This document shows, piece by piece, positions 44,510 through 58,227 of a DNA stretch of 64,000 nt. The stretch covers positions 558,001 to 622,000 of the forward strand of contig CAUYUJ010000303.1 in NCBI GenBank assembly GCA_963575745.1, given 5' to 3'. Position numbers and translations under genes: made by a program. A model generated the notes under the pieces. It worked only from the letters and a program-made list of their open reading frames with translations, made no database searches and was not told the origin of the DNA. Origin of the DNA: Prorocentrum cordatum. Taxonomy: Eukaryota. Each line of letters starts with the position of its first letter. Position 1 is the first letter of the stretch.

Positions 44510-45385
44510 TCAGAGTGAGGGGGCCGAACGGTCATTCATTGTCCCTGGGTGCGTGGCTGAAGTGGAATTCCGCGGTGCGTATTATCGTTGTTGTTTTTGT
44601 TTGTTGTTGTTGTTGGTTGTTTGTTTGTTTGTTTGTCTGTTTGTTGTTGTTGTTGTTGTTTGCTGTTGTTGTTTGCTGTTGTTGTTTGTTGTCATCGTCC
44701 CACCCGCAACCCGCCCCGCGACCCACCCGCGACCCAACCCGCGACCCACCCCGCGACCCACCCGCGACCCACCCGCGACCCACCCGCGACCCACCCCGCG
44801 ACCCACCCCGCGACCCACCCCGCGACCCACCCCGCGACCCACCCCGCGACCCGCCCGCGGCCCACCCCGCGACCCACCCGCGACCCACCCGCGACCCACC
44901 CGCGACCCACCCGCGACCCCCCGCGACCCACCCGCGACCCACCTTCGACCCAAACCACGTTCAAGGTACAAACCACCATTTTCGGCGCCTGCGGCGGGCT
45001 TTTTTTGCATTCCTTCCAGGTGGAGAGCCCGCGACCCACCCCGTGACCAACTCGCGACCAACCCGCGACCCAAACCACGTTCAGGGTACAAACCACATTT
45101 TTCGGCGCCTGCGGCGGGCATCTTTTGCATTCGTTTCAGGTGGAGAGCCCGCGGCCCACCCGCGACCACGTTCAGGGCACTAACCACATTTTTCGGCGCC
45201 TGCGGCGGGCATCTTTTGCATTCGTTCCCGGTGGAGAACCCGCGGCCCACCCGCGACCCAAACCACGTTCAGTGTACAAACCATTGTTTGAGCGCCTGCG
45301 GCGGGCTGCTTTTGCATTTCTTCCAGGTGGAGGTGGAGAGCCCGCGACCCACCCGCGAACCAAACCACGTTCACTGAACAAACCA
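44510..45385. repeat. Composite repeat: ~75-bp head, (TTG)n, 11-12-bp CCCACCC(C)GCGA array and ~4 longer units
   Basis: The head CAGAGTGAGGG.GCCGAACGGTC...GAAGTGGAATT is also present at ~29893-29967, again followed by (TTG)n and CCACCCG units. Confidence 0.85.
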
Positions 45386-46049
45386 ATGCCGCACAAGCGC
45401 GGCGGCGGATTTTCGCATGCCGTCTGAGCCCGCAAGGACCTCTTCAACCCCCGCGCATCCACACCAGCCCGTCCAGCAACTTTGCCCTGGCGGGTTGCCT
45501 TGATCAGAGAAGTCGGGGAGCATAAAGTGGAAAAAAGGATTGCGTTGCAGTTACTTGGGAAAAGAGGGGGAGGCAGGATGAGTAAACAGGGGACGAAGAG
45601 GACGCGGAAGAAGAGAGGATATAAGGAGAATGTGGAGAAAGAAAAGGAGGAGGAGCAGGAGGACGAGGAGGGGGAGGAGGGGGAGGAGGAGGACGAGAGG
45701 GGGAGGAGGAGGATGATGATGTTGATGGACGACAATGGGAGGACGATGATGGAGGCCGATGAGGGGGAGGACGACAATTGGAGGACGATGATGAAAAGGA
45801 CGAGGGGGGGAGAGGGAGGACGAGGAAGAACGAGGTGGAGGAGGAGGAGGACGAGGAGGAGGAGGATGACGATGACGATGAGGACGAGAACGAGGAAGAG
45901 GAGGAGGAGGAGGAGGAGGAGGAGGAGGAGAGCGCCATCGACAGGGAAGGTGGGGGCCACGAGGTCTGCCGGCTCGACGACGCCCGCGTCGCCCGCGCCC
46001 GCCCCCTCACTCTTATCCGCAATTGCGGGGTGCTACGTATTATCACATT

Positions 46050-46860
<811 letters not shown>

Positions 46861-46984
46861 ATGGTTACTACCGCTACCGGCTTTACTACGGCTGTTACCA
46901 TTTCCGCATCCCTTCGGTTTCGTGCGCCTCTGGCCGCAAGGGAGGACCCGCCAGAGCGCTGCACTTGCAAGCGGCGCTAGTTTC

Positions 46985-47525
46985 GAGGGGTCGTGCTGGC
47001 GCCGCGCATTCCTCCTGGGAGGCCCCGCCAGAGCGAGCAGGACATCCGCACACCATTCTATGGTCAAAGTGTCGTGTCCCTCACATCCCTCCAGGGAGGC
47101 CCCACGAGAGCGAGCAGGGCACTCGCACACCATACTATGTACAAGGTTTCGTGCCCCGCCCGCCCCTCCAGGGAGGCCCAGCGATAGCGAACAGGGCACT
47201 CACACACGGTACTATTTGCACGGTGTCGTGCCCCGCCGGGCCTTCCAGGGAGGCCCAGCCAGAGCGAGCAGGGCATTCGCACCCATTTTGTTTACAAGGT
47301 GTCGTGCCCTTCCCACCCCGTCAGGGAGGCCTCGCCACAGCGAGCATGGCATTCGCGCATTATTTTATGTTCACGCTGTCCTGCCCTGCGTACCCCTCCA
47401 GGGAGGCCCCGCCAGAGCGAGCTGGACACTCGCACACAATGGTATAAACAAGGCTCCGTGCGCCTGTCGTCCTTCCAGGGAGGCCCCGCCAGAGCGAGCA
47501 GGGCATTCGCACACCATACTATCCA
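46985..47525. repeat. ~75-80-bp tandem repeat (CCAGGGAGGCCCCGCCAGAGCGAGCAGGGCATTCGCACACCATACT core)
   Basis: About 7 copies; the same family recurs at ~50060-50465. Confidence 0.85.
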
Positions 47526-49039
47526 GCTGCCTGCGGCAAACCCCGCCACCGTGCCTGCAGGGTTGGACCTAAACGGTGTTTCGGCGATTTCGTGGGCCGT
47601 TTTCGTTTCGACTTCGTTTTGCGGTAGAGGTGGATTGAAGACAAATCGAGGGAAAACGATAACAAAAAGTAAACGAAAAACACCGTTTAGGTTCAGCCCT
47701 GCGTGCCTGTGTGCCAGCGCAGCAGGAAAGAGGTTGATTGCAGGAGCAGCGCAATTCCGACGAGTAGTTTGCATTGGGGCGGGTCGTGATCCCAACCTCG
47801 TCTTCGTCCGCACTGTAGGAAGGACAAGGAGAAGGATCAGGAGGAGGAGGAGGGGCAGAATTATGAGGATCAGAAGGATCAGGCTTCTTGGGGCCTTTGG
47901 GGGCTTCTTACGGGCCTCCTGGAGCCTGGGGGCTTCTGTGGGGCCTCTTGGGGCCTCTTGGGGGCCTCTTGAAGTTTCTTGGGCAGTCTTAGGGGACTGT
48001 TGGCCCGTCGGACGCCTGTGGAGGCCGCCTTGGGGGCCTCTTGGAGTGGGTCACAGCAGTCTTGGGAATCTTGTTGGGAGCCTCTTGGGCGATCTTTGGG
48101 TCCTCTTGGGCCGACTTCAGGCCCCCTTGGAGGCTTTTTGGACCGTCTTGGGCGGTCGTAAACCCGAACAGGTGAGAACCTCAAAACCTTTCAAACATGT
48201 AAGGAGCAACACTTTTGGCCTCCCCAGGCTCTCCAGGAGGGCCTCCTGGAGACTTCTTGGGCGTCACTTTGGCTGCCCCGAACGCCGTTCTGAAAGCCAT
48301 GAGGCTCCCAAGAAGGCCCCAAGACGTATCGAGAGGCCCCGAATGACGCCCCAAGGGGTCTCCAAGAGGCCCTCCTCGAGACCCCGTCGAGGCCAAAACC
48401 ATTGATTTTGATGTTCTGGCACGTTCTGGTTCTCGGCCGCCCAAGACAGCCCAAGAGGCATATTTGGGCTTTCGTGTTGCTTTCTTGGAGTGCTTCAAGG
48501 CCGTCTTCGGGCCATCTTCGGAAGCCCCCAGGGCGATCTTTGGGCCATCTTGGGCCGGCTGGGGGCCCTCCTGGGGGGCCACTTCGGCTGTCTTGGAGTT
48601 GCCTTGGAGGCCTTTTGGAAGCTTCTTGGGCCGTTGAGTGGGCGGAGACCCGAACAGGCGAGAACCTTCAATGCTTTCAAACACCGGATGAGAATCTTGG
48701 CCCCCTTCGGACTCTCCAGGAATGCATTTTGAGCTCTCTCGAGTCGTCTTGGGGGCCTTAGGCCGTCTGGGCGGCCTTCTTGGGCTATGTTGAGCCGTCT
48801 TGAGGCTCTCTTGAGAGGCTCTTGGGCTGCCTTGGGCAATCTTGAGCTATTTTCGGTCGTCTCTTGGCCGTCTGGAGGCCAAAAAGACCACCAGACAACA
48901 AGTTCAAAAGGGGCGGTATTCGAGGGGCGCGCGCGGGGAGGAGGGGGCCCGGACCAATTACAACCACTCCAGACTGGTCAGAAACTATGTCGGTTAGATT
49001 ACAACCACTGGAAACGGACTGAAGGATTCCTATACAGGA

Positions 49040-49420
49040 GTTTTGCAGAGTCTCTGCAGAGTTGCTGCAGAGTTGCTGCAGGGTTACGCAGAGCTTCTGC
49101 AGAGCTTCTGAAGAGCACCTGAGAAGGTTTCTGCAGAGCTTCTGCAGAACTTTTCAGCGAGGCCTCTGAGAAGCTTCAGCGAGGCCTTTTTCAGAGGCTT
49201 CTCTGAGGCCTTTCAGAGGCTTCTCTGAGGCCTCTGAGAGGCTTCTCTGAGACGCTTTTTCTGGGAGGTTTCTCTGGGACCTCTCAGAGGCTTCTCTGAG
49301 AGGCTTCTCTGAGGCCTCTGAGAGGCCGAGGCCTCTGCGAATTGTCAGCGAGGCCTTTGAGATGCTTCTCTGATGCCTCAGCGAGGCTTCTGAGAGGCTT
49401 CCCAGAGGCGTCTGAGAGAT
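49040..49420. repeat. Short-period AGAGGCTTCTCTG / GCAGAGTT palindromic minisatellite
   Basis: Directly visible. Confidence 0.85.
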
Positions 49421-51225
49421 TTTTGGGAAAGCTTATTCTGAGCTCTATTGGCCGCTCCACTGCGCGCTCTATTAGGATCTCTAGCTGCGCCTTCTTTTCG
49501 GAACTTCATTGGAGGCTTTTTCGGGCACTATTCGGAGCTCGATTGGGCGCTCGATTCGGCCCTCTTAGGATTCTGGCGAATTCCTCAGACGAAGCACATC
49601 GGAATCGTATACGAATCACATGGGAACCGTATACGAGTCGCATAGCAATCGTAACGAAACACATCGGAATCTCACACGGACCTTGGCCACGTTCGAGCTC
49701 AAGTACATGCGTTTAGCTGAGATCATGATCGGCCGTCGGTGATCGGACCGATCGCAACGGCTGTTTCAGATTCGCATTGGGCGGTTTAAGGGAGTCAGTG
49801 CACCCAGAAGCGCTCTCATGATATCTCTCTCTCTCTCTCTTACTCGAGACCTTACTGCAGCGACCCAAAAACATCGCAACCATTTCGGAGCGATCGCAAC
49901 TGGTTGCGACCAGTCCGAAGTGGTCGACGATCGGTCCGAAGTGGTTGCGATCGGTCTCCATCGCGAGGGGGCCCCTGCAAACTCTACGAAAATTCCCAGA
50001 CAACAGACGAGCATTCTAACTCACCCACTCCTTGCAGACAAGGTGGCTGTTTTACACGGTGCCGTGCCCCTCCCACCCCTGCAGGGAGGCCCCGCCAGAG
50101 CGAGCAGGGTATTTGCACACCATACGATTTTCAAGATGCTTGGTATCGCTAGGACGTGTGCACTTTTTTCTCGGCGGGGGTTATTAAGAAGCATCCTGGA
50201 TCATCCTGCGAAAAAAACGCACACGAAACAGAAAAAAACACAGGGAATGGACGTCCGAGCGACGGGGAGGATGTCGTGCCTCTCCCATTCCTCCAGGGCA
50301 TCCCCGCCACAGCTAGCAGGGTATTCGCACACCATACTATTTGCAAGGTGTCGTGACCCTCCCATTCCTCCAAGAAGGCCCCGCCACAGCGAGCGCGGCA
50401 CTCGCACCCCATACTATATTTACGCAGTTTCGTGCCCCTCCCGTCCCTCCAGGGAGGCACCGCCAGCCCCGAGGCTTCACAAGAGCGCTCAGGATGCCCC
50501 CAAGCAGGTCCCAGGAGGGGCCAAAACGGCCGTGGAGCCCGAGATCGAGGAACAAAAATCCGAAGTCGAAAGTCGACGACGAATCCGCAACATCTCCTCT
50601 CGGCCCCTCCCCCTCGAGCCACCGCCGAACGCCCTGCGCTCTCTTCGCCACCGGAGTGATTTTTGCGGTCCTTCACAAAGCTACCCCATCCAGCAAAGAC
50701 CCGGAACAGCGAGTCATTGCACCGTGGATGTGTACGTGATGTGGTGGGAATTTTCTGGTGTAAGTTATGTGGGGTACGCCGTGTGCGACCTTGCCCCCCT
50801 TTCTGTTTTCACCACCGACCTGTTGAATTGAGTTCACTACTCGTCCGTTTGGCGTCAACCGTCTGCGCCGTCTCCGACACGCGGCGTAGTTCATGTGATG
50901 CAAGACGTGTGTGCCAAGCAGCCCGAGGCGCCCGCGAGGCGTCCACGAGGCCGGGCCGCCGAAGCCTCAGCGGACCCGCGAGGCCGCCCACGAGGCCGCC
51001 GGCGGCCTCGAGGACGCCTCGAGGCCGGCCGCCTCGAGGCGCCCGCGGGGCGCCCACGAGGCCGCCGGCGGCCGCCGAAGAGAAGGCCAGCCGCACGGGG
51101 CGCCCGCAACGCGCCCACGGCCGCCGCGCGGGCGAAGCTTCCGCGGGCCCAGCGTGCCCACGGGGCGCCCAGCAGGCGGGCCCTCGGCAGGCCCACGCGC
51201 GGGGCGCCCACGAGGCGCTCAAGAG

Positions 51226-51420
51226 TCGGGCCGGACGAAAGGGGGGGATTGGGAAAGGGGGGGTTACGAAGTCTGCTGCATGCAGCTGGGTTCGGCCTCG
51301 CCGAGGGGCCCATTCCTCGATACATAGCCGCCTCCGGCGCCGGGAGGCGCCGGGAAAATCAGCTACGTGAGCTGATTCTCAAACCCCCCCTTTGCTATCC
51401 CCCCCTTTCGCCCGACCCGA
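51226..51420. mobile_element. Free-standing copy of the TDP2 intron-2 MITE
   Basis: TIR TCGGGCCGGACGAAAGGGGGG / CCCCCCTTTCGCCCGACCCGA; flanks AAGAG/AAGCG; shared internal GCCGCCTCCGGCGCCGGGAGGCGCC and GGAAAATCAGCTACGTGAGCTGA. Confidence 0.88.
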
Positions 51421-52298
51421 AAGCGGCGCCCAGTCGTGGCGAGAGCACGGCAGGCCCATCCGAGTCCGGAAGCAAAAGAAAGAAGAGCTCACAATCGCTG
51501 GCAGCGGTCGGGCAGTAGTGTTGGCTTTGGGAGCGAAGGGGCGGCGCCGATGATCCTTGCCCCTCTTGAGCCCGAAGGGTCTTTCGTTATGGCCCCAGTG
51601 GGGCGCTCTTTGGGCGGTTTTAGGCGCCCTTGGGGCAGTGCTGGCCCTTGCGAATGGTCCAAGATGCTGCCGCGAAGCGCATCGTGCACTGTTGGTTCAG
51701 CAGTGATGGTGGGGGGTTGCCCGCATATTTCCTGGCCGACCGACAGTCGAGTGGGCCAGGGAGGTTCTTATTAAGAAGGAGCAGTGATTACCCCCTCCCC
51801 GCCCCCCCCCCAAAAAAGCAATAACAGAGTTCGGACTAAGAAGCACCTTGAACCCCCTCCGCCTAGAAGGCCGGTGGGATTCCTCGTACCCTCACCGATG
51901 CCCATAAGCCTACCCCAATCCTGACGTACGCCCAGACCCATATCACTATATACCCGGGCCTACCCCCGACCCATGAAGTCCATGCGTGTCTTCATACAAT
52001 TCGTGGTGATTGATTCTTTGCTCATCTTGGTCATCCTCTCCTCTATTCGTGCTTCCTCTCTTGCTCCCGTGATGAACTTCATCGTGCTCTCCTCGCGCGA
52101 TTCCCCATCTCATACTTACACGTGCACCGCCTCCCTCCTCCTCCTTCTCTTGTCACTGTTCGTCCTCGTGGTCCTCCCCCTCGTCCCCATTCCGTCCGCA
52201 GCCAAGATCTATTCGAGAGTTCTGCTTCACAGCATCCCTGCTGATTGTAGCTCCACGCAGCTTACGTGTTAACGGAAGGCAATCCGATTCGTGAACCG

Positions 52299-55200
52299 AT
52301 GGCGTTCGTTCAAGCGTCAACGATCCTCGTCACTGCGGTACTCGAGACCGCATCTGTCATGTGGATGGAGCTCGCAATGTTCGGCGTCGCGGCGCTTGTG
52401 TACGTGTTGTGCGTTGGGGGCCAGCCGAAGGCCTCGAAGTCGTCGGACCTGAAGGCTAAGGTCGGTATCGTTTAACCGACCCTCATCCCCATCCCCATCC
52501 CCTTCGAGACCCCCAACCGAATTACCACCCCAGTTGAGGATACACCCCTCGAAACCCGAAAGGAACGACCTATATCCCCATCGAGGGGGGTAGATCGGCC
52601 AGTGGAGCCCAGGCCACGCCGCTGGGGATGGGGATCGGTTAAACGATACTCACAAGGTGGGCTCGGAGGACATCCCCAGCAGGCGCACCGAGCGCGACAG
52701 GAAGGACCACATGAGCAACGCGGACCACCACGACGTGCTGCGCAAGTGGCAGCAGGCGACGAGCTCGCCGGAGGGGTCGCCGCAGCTCGACATGGTGCAG
52801 GTTCGGGCAGGCCAAACTTTACACCGACCTATTTCTACTCCTACTCCTACTTCTCCTCCTCCACCTCCTCCTCCCCCTCCTCCTCCTTCTTTTCCTCCTC
52901 CTCCTCCTCGTCCCCCTCCCCCTCCTCCTCCTCCTCCTCCTCCTCCTCCTCCTCCTCCTCCTATCCTTATTCCTTATTAGAATATACTCCTACTCCCCCC
53001 TCAGGCCGGCCATTAGGGGCCGCATCCGGGTGGTCCCATCCTAACCTGTAAAAAACAATACAAAATCAACATTTTTCTTATTTTTTCCTCTCGACATGGA
53101 CGTCCTGTCGTCCACGGCGATAATCCATTGCAAAAAATACCACAAAGAGCACACGCGCGCGTTCATGTCAGAATCCTACCGAACACCGTGTGTTTGCAAG
53201 CATTTCAACATAAAAACATCAAAAACCCAATGCTTTTTCACAAAAATTGTACAAATTTCCCGCCCGGGCTCTCTTGCTGAAATCATAGGAAAACCATAGG
53301 AATCTTAAGAATTCGGTCAAATCCAGCGATTTCACGTCATCGCGCGGTGCACTCGCGATGCTCTGTCATGCACCCAGGCCGCGAATCCTGTGCAAAAAAT
53401 ACCACAAAGAGCACACTCGCGCGTTCATGTCAGAATCCTACCGAACACCGTGTGTTTGCAAGCATTTCAACATAAAAACATCAAAAACCCAATGCTTTTT
53501 CACAAAAATGCTTTGGGGTGTCCTGTCAGACCGTCGGGCTTCCTCCGGCCACCTCTGGCTTCCTGCGGTGTACCGGGCCATTCTCGACTCGTCTGGCAAT
53601 GCGTGCGCGGCATTCAACACGCGCTCGCCAGTTCCCGTCGGCAACCGCCATCGCGGCCGCATCAGCTGTACCAAACCGGCTGGCCGGTGTGACTTCGGCC
53701 CCCAGTTGTGCCAGCTTTGCTTCTTATGTTGTGGGAGGGCGGGTGGGACTGGGCATGCCATGCTTGACTCGCTCGAGCTGGCTAGCTTGACTCCTACTCC
53801 TACTCCTACTCCTGCTCCTACTACCGATCTTGGCAAGGCCCACCCTGGACCCAGGTTCGGGGGCTACGATAGCCGGACTCGGGAGGGTCACGCGCGCCGA
53901 TCTGATCATGTTTTGGGCCCAGGATTGGCCTGGCACCATTTGGTGTCGATGTACAGTTGCAGTTGCCGTCATCGTCGTCAGCAGCATGGTCCGTCATCAC
54001 CGTCTCCATTACTACCAATCGTAATCTTCATCATGATCATCACACCACCAGCATCATCATCTGCATCATTATCCTCATCTTCATCATCATCATCATCATC
54101 ATCATCACCATCACCATCATCATCATCATCACCTCCACACCACCATCATCATCACCACCATCACTATCACCATCACAACCACCATGATCAGCATCATCAG
54201 CATCATCATCAACAGCAGCATAATCATCACATCAGCATCATCCTCCTCCTCCCCCTCCCCCTCATCATCATCATCACAATCATAGGTGGTCGATTCCATG
54301 CGCAAGTTGGGCAAGTCCACGGCCGAGATCGTGTCGGAGCTGAGGTCGGCCCTCGACTCATGCCCTGGCCTGCTGAGCGGCGTCGCGGCGCTGCCCGCCG
54401 CGCTGCTTCGCGACGACGCCGCGGAGCTGCTGGGCGCGACCATCAAGCTCCTCGAGCAGCGCGGCCACCAGAGGAAGAAAGCTCCCTGCCACGCCCAGAT
54501 ATCCGAAGAGATGTGCTTCTCAATCCCCCCGGTTTTCCTACACTTTCGGCCGCCCGGGCCCGCTGGCGGGCCCTGAGACCATCGAAGTTGAATCCGGGGC
54601 GAAAAATTTTCCCCGGGGAAGGAGTCCGGGACCTTTCTCTTGGCATCGTTCGGACGTGTACAGTTTTCATTCGGCGAGGACCATCGGGGAGCATCCTTGA
54701 CCATCGAACAACAAAAAAAACGCACGAAACAGGACAATTCACGGGAAATGGACGTCCGAGCGACGGCAAGTTTCTGGGGCCGCGGATTGACAACACACAT
54801 CGGTGGAAGTCGGTGCATTCCGACGCGCTTCTCCAAGCAGCGTGGCCACCAGAGGAGAAAAAACACCAGTCCGTACCGATATTTTGGAAGCGGTTGGGGG
54901 GCTGAGGTGGGGCATTATTGATTCCAGCCACCAAGGATGAGGAGAGGCACCACTGTGCGTTCAAGCGCACAGGGGCGCACCGTAGCAGGTACACAGGTGT
55001 CGTTCCCTGTCTCCTCTGGGCCGCCTCCTCCAGATGAGCATTGGGTTTATGTTCAAACCTTTTTCAGTTTGGATCGCCAGAAATAATTTCGAGCACCAAT
55101 CAAGTACCAAAACTCGTGGGTTTTCACGTGTCGGGCCCTGGGACACTCGTTCGACACTGTTTCGACACTGTTTCGACACTTTCAGGGTGCGCGAAATTAC

Positions 55201-56488
55201 TTCTGGAATGTAGTCCTTCAGCACGATGGGAGCAGCATAACATTGAATGCCGAATTTGCCCCCATTTCTCCTGGCCGATCTTGCTGGTGCCCATCCAGAG
55301 CAGACCCCCCAGCCATCCTCAAACCGCGGTCTCGCCTCCTAGAGGGGGAGGCCTCGTCGCCGCTGCTGGAGTCGCCTCGGAATCGTTGTTCAGGCGATCG
55401 CAAACATGGATCAAGGGGGCGTGGATTAGCGACGGGTCCCGTTTCCATGGGAAATCGCGGATTCCCGCCGCCGAACGAGGCGGCACCGGCCGCATTTTGG
55501 GGAGGGCATTTCCCCCGATCCATGGATTAGTCGACCGCGCGCCAAGTCCAGGGATCGCTAATCCATGTTTGCGCGCCCCCGAGTTGTCAGGACGCACCAC
55601 GGGGGAGGTGCAGGGAGTAGTGGCACCGGTGTCTGTCATGCTCGCACAGGCCAGCGCGTCGACTCCGGCATCTACGCGGGCCTGATGGGCGCACTCTTGC
55701 GCCGCCGCGATTACATGGGCGCCACCGAGGCGGCCGCCACGCTGACGCCCGAGGCCATGACGCCCAAGATCCGCGGCGTCCTCGCCACCGCCGCCGTGTA
55801 CCGCGAGCGGCTCGACGAGGCCCTCGGCCAGCTGCGCCAGATCCCAGAGCCAGCGGGGGGCGCGCGCCCCCCGCTGGCGCCCGGGTCGGTGGCCTCGCTG
55901 CTGGCGCTGGCGGCGCGCGAGGGGCGCGTGCAGACCGCGACGCAGGAGCTCCAGCGCCTCGGCGCCCGCATGGACACCCGCCACTTCGACGACCTCGTGA
56001 CCTCCGAGAGGTGCCAGCGCTCGCCCGCCACGGTCAAGGATCGGATGCTGCCCGAATCGTGGATGGGGTCGGAGGACCGCGCCGCATCGCCGATGCATCG
56101 GCGATGCGGCTCGATGTGGAGCCCGATTGTCTCCACGCCGACGTCACTGATTCGACGCCCACGTCGCTGGGACACATCGCCGATGCATCGGTGATGCATC
56201 GACGATGCCTCGCGATCCTCCGACCCCACCTACGCTGACCCCATCTGGGAGGCCTCTCCAGAAGTGTCCCTGGCCCGAGGCGTCCCCAGACGTTCCAAGG
56301 AAGCCCCGCGGCCCCCCGAGCACCATGGGACGAGGCCCCGAGGGCCCCAGGGACTCCCGAGTGGGCAGGCAAGCTGGGGGCACCTTGGGCCCAAGAGGAG
56401 CTCGAGAGGCGCGGAGGGGTGTGAGGACCTCTTGGGCCCAGCGGCCGCGTCCGCATGCGTCCTCCCCGCCCAACGCATGCCCACTTCG

Positions 56489-56570
<82 letters not shown>

Positions 56571-58227
56571 CACACGTTCCGTGGCCACATGGGGAGCTCC
56601 ACCGAAGGCCCCAGTGGCCGCCTCCGCATGCGCCCTCCCCTCACACCTGCCAGAAAGACCCGAGAGGAGCTCTTCGCCGCGGCCGCCGACCTGCAGGTGC
56701 AGAAGGGCCAGACGGCCTTCCAGGCGCTGGCGGCCGCCCTGGGCAACTCCGCGGACTCCTCGGGGCTGCGCGCGCTCGTGGAGGACCTCGAGGCTGAGGC
56801 CGCGCGCGGGAGCGTCGGCACCCCGGTCGGCGAGCCGCTGGCCATGAAGCTGCTCGACGCCTGCAAGGCGACGAGGGAGGGCGAGCTCGCGACGCGCGTG
56901 GCGCACCTGCACCGCGAGGCCTGCGCCGGGGCCCCTGGCGCGCGCGTCCTCTCGGCCGTCTGCGGCGCTCTGGTGGCGTGCCAGTGCGGCGAGGCGGCGT
57001 GCGACTTCTACGAGACGGCGATCGCGGGCCTCTTTTTCATTGCCATCACTCGTTGCGTGATATCCAAGCCTTTGGGTCGGTTGGGGAGGTCGCCGCGGCG
57101 ATCGCGGTGACCACAGATCGGGGCAAGGTGTTTGTCAAGGAATGGCATGCCCCTCCCTTCCCCTCCGCTCTGCAATGTAGACGTGCCTCATCATTAACAA
57201 AATAGCGACAGAGAGTTATCAATGTTGGCCAGCGTGGACCCGACGCAGGTGCAATCAATGTGGTGCAATCGATGTGGCGCAAAGCAATGCGAAGCGGAGC
57301 AATACAAAGCAACACAAAGCAACGCAATGCAAAGCGATGCAAAGCAAAGCAAAGCAACCGCGGCGACGGGCAGAGACGAGCCGGCCAGACCGCCACCCAG
57401 GGCCCAGCGGCGACAGGCGGTGACGAGCCGGCCTGACCGCCACCAGGGATCAGTTAATTTCGAACACAACTAAGAACATTCAAGTGCAAGCATCGATTGG
57501 GAAATGCTGTCCAACATAGGAAGCCACATTTTGGGTCAAGAGTCGATCATCACGCGCAGCCGATAGCGGGCTTGGTCTTCCCCACCACCACTACAACTTG
57601 ACCATGGGCAGGCCTGTGGCAGTGGCTTGCTGAGCGCAGTCGGTGCCTCGTACTTAACACAGCAGAGCACTGCTACAGGTCAGCCGCCCCTGATCCACAG
57701 CGGTGGCAGTGGAAAGGTAGGCCCACCAGGCGATGCTGCCCAGGTCTCTGTGGCCCGACGCCGGGACCTGCAGGGCCCTCTCCAAGGCCGCTGCGCAGGA
57801 CGGGCGCGAGCCGCTCGCCAAGCGCCTCATGGAGCACGCAGAGTCGGCGCCGCCGCCAGCTCGCGGCGGCGGGGCGGGGGGCGGCGGCAGCGAGCTGCAG
57901 CGCGCCGCTGCGCTCATCAAAGGGCACGGCAGAGACCGCGACTTGGCGGCCGCCAGCGCCGTGTTCCAGAGGCTTCAGACGTCTGGCTTGGCCCTCACCC
58001 CGCTGATCTACAACTGCTACCTCGACGCGTGCGTGCAGTGCGGTGACTTGGACACGGCGCTCAGCCACTTCGAAGAGATGAAGCGGCTCAAGTTTATGGA
58101 CGTGGTCGGTTACAACACTATGTTGAAGGCTCACTTGACCAGCGGCCGCACGGAAGAGGCTCGAGCCCTCATGGCGGAGATGTCTGCGCAAGGCTTGCAG
58201 GCTAACAAGGTCACCTACAACGAGTTA
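52299..58227 (+). CDS. Pentatricopeptide-repeat protein with an N-terminal hydrophobic segment; exons 52299-52460, 52657-52800, 54286-54463, 55650-56038, 56667-57017, 57730-~58227; 3' part not found in the window
   Basis: In-frame joins through GT-AG, GT-AG, GC-AG, GA-AG and GC-AG introns. PPR motifs IYNCYLDACVQCGDLDTALSHFEEM, VVGYNTMLKAHLTSGRTEEARALMAEMSAQGLQANKVTYNEL. Confidence 0.9.
52461..52656. mobile_element. Introner-like TIR element forming PPR intron 1
   Basis: GTATCGTTTAACCGA near the 5' end is the exact reverse complement of TCGGTTAAACGATAC near the 3' end; AAGGT direct repeat at both junctions. Confidence 0.88.
56064..56229. mobile_element. Small TIR/hairpin element nested in PPR intron 4
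   Basis: TGGGGTCGGAGGA ... TCCTCCGACCCCA termini, with two internal CATCGCCGATGCATCGG(C/T)GATG palindromes. Confidence 0.7.

Noticed and set aside
50663..51518. Exons of a gene flanking the MITE at 51226-51420
   Set aside because: The flanks are GAGGCCGCC-type repeats, and the joined translation has no recognisable protein features.
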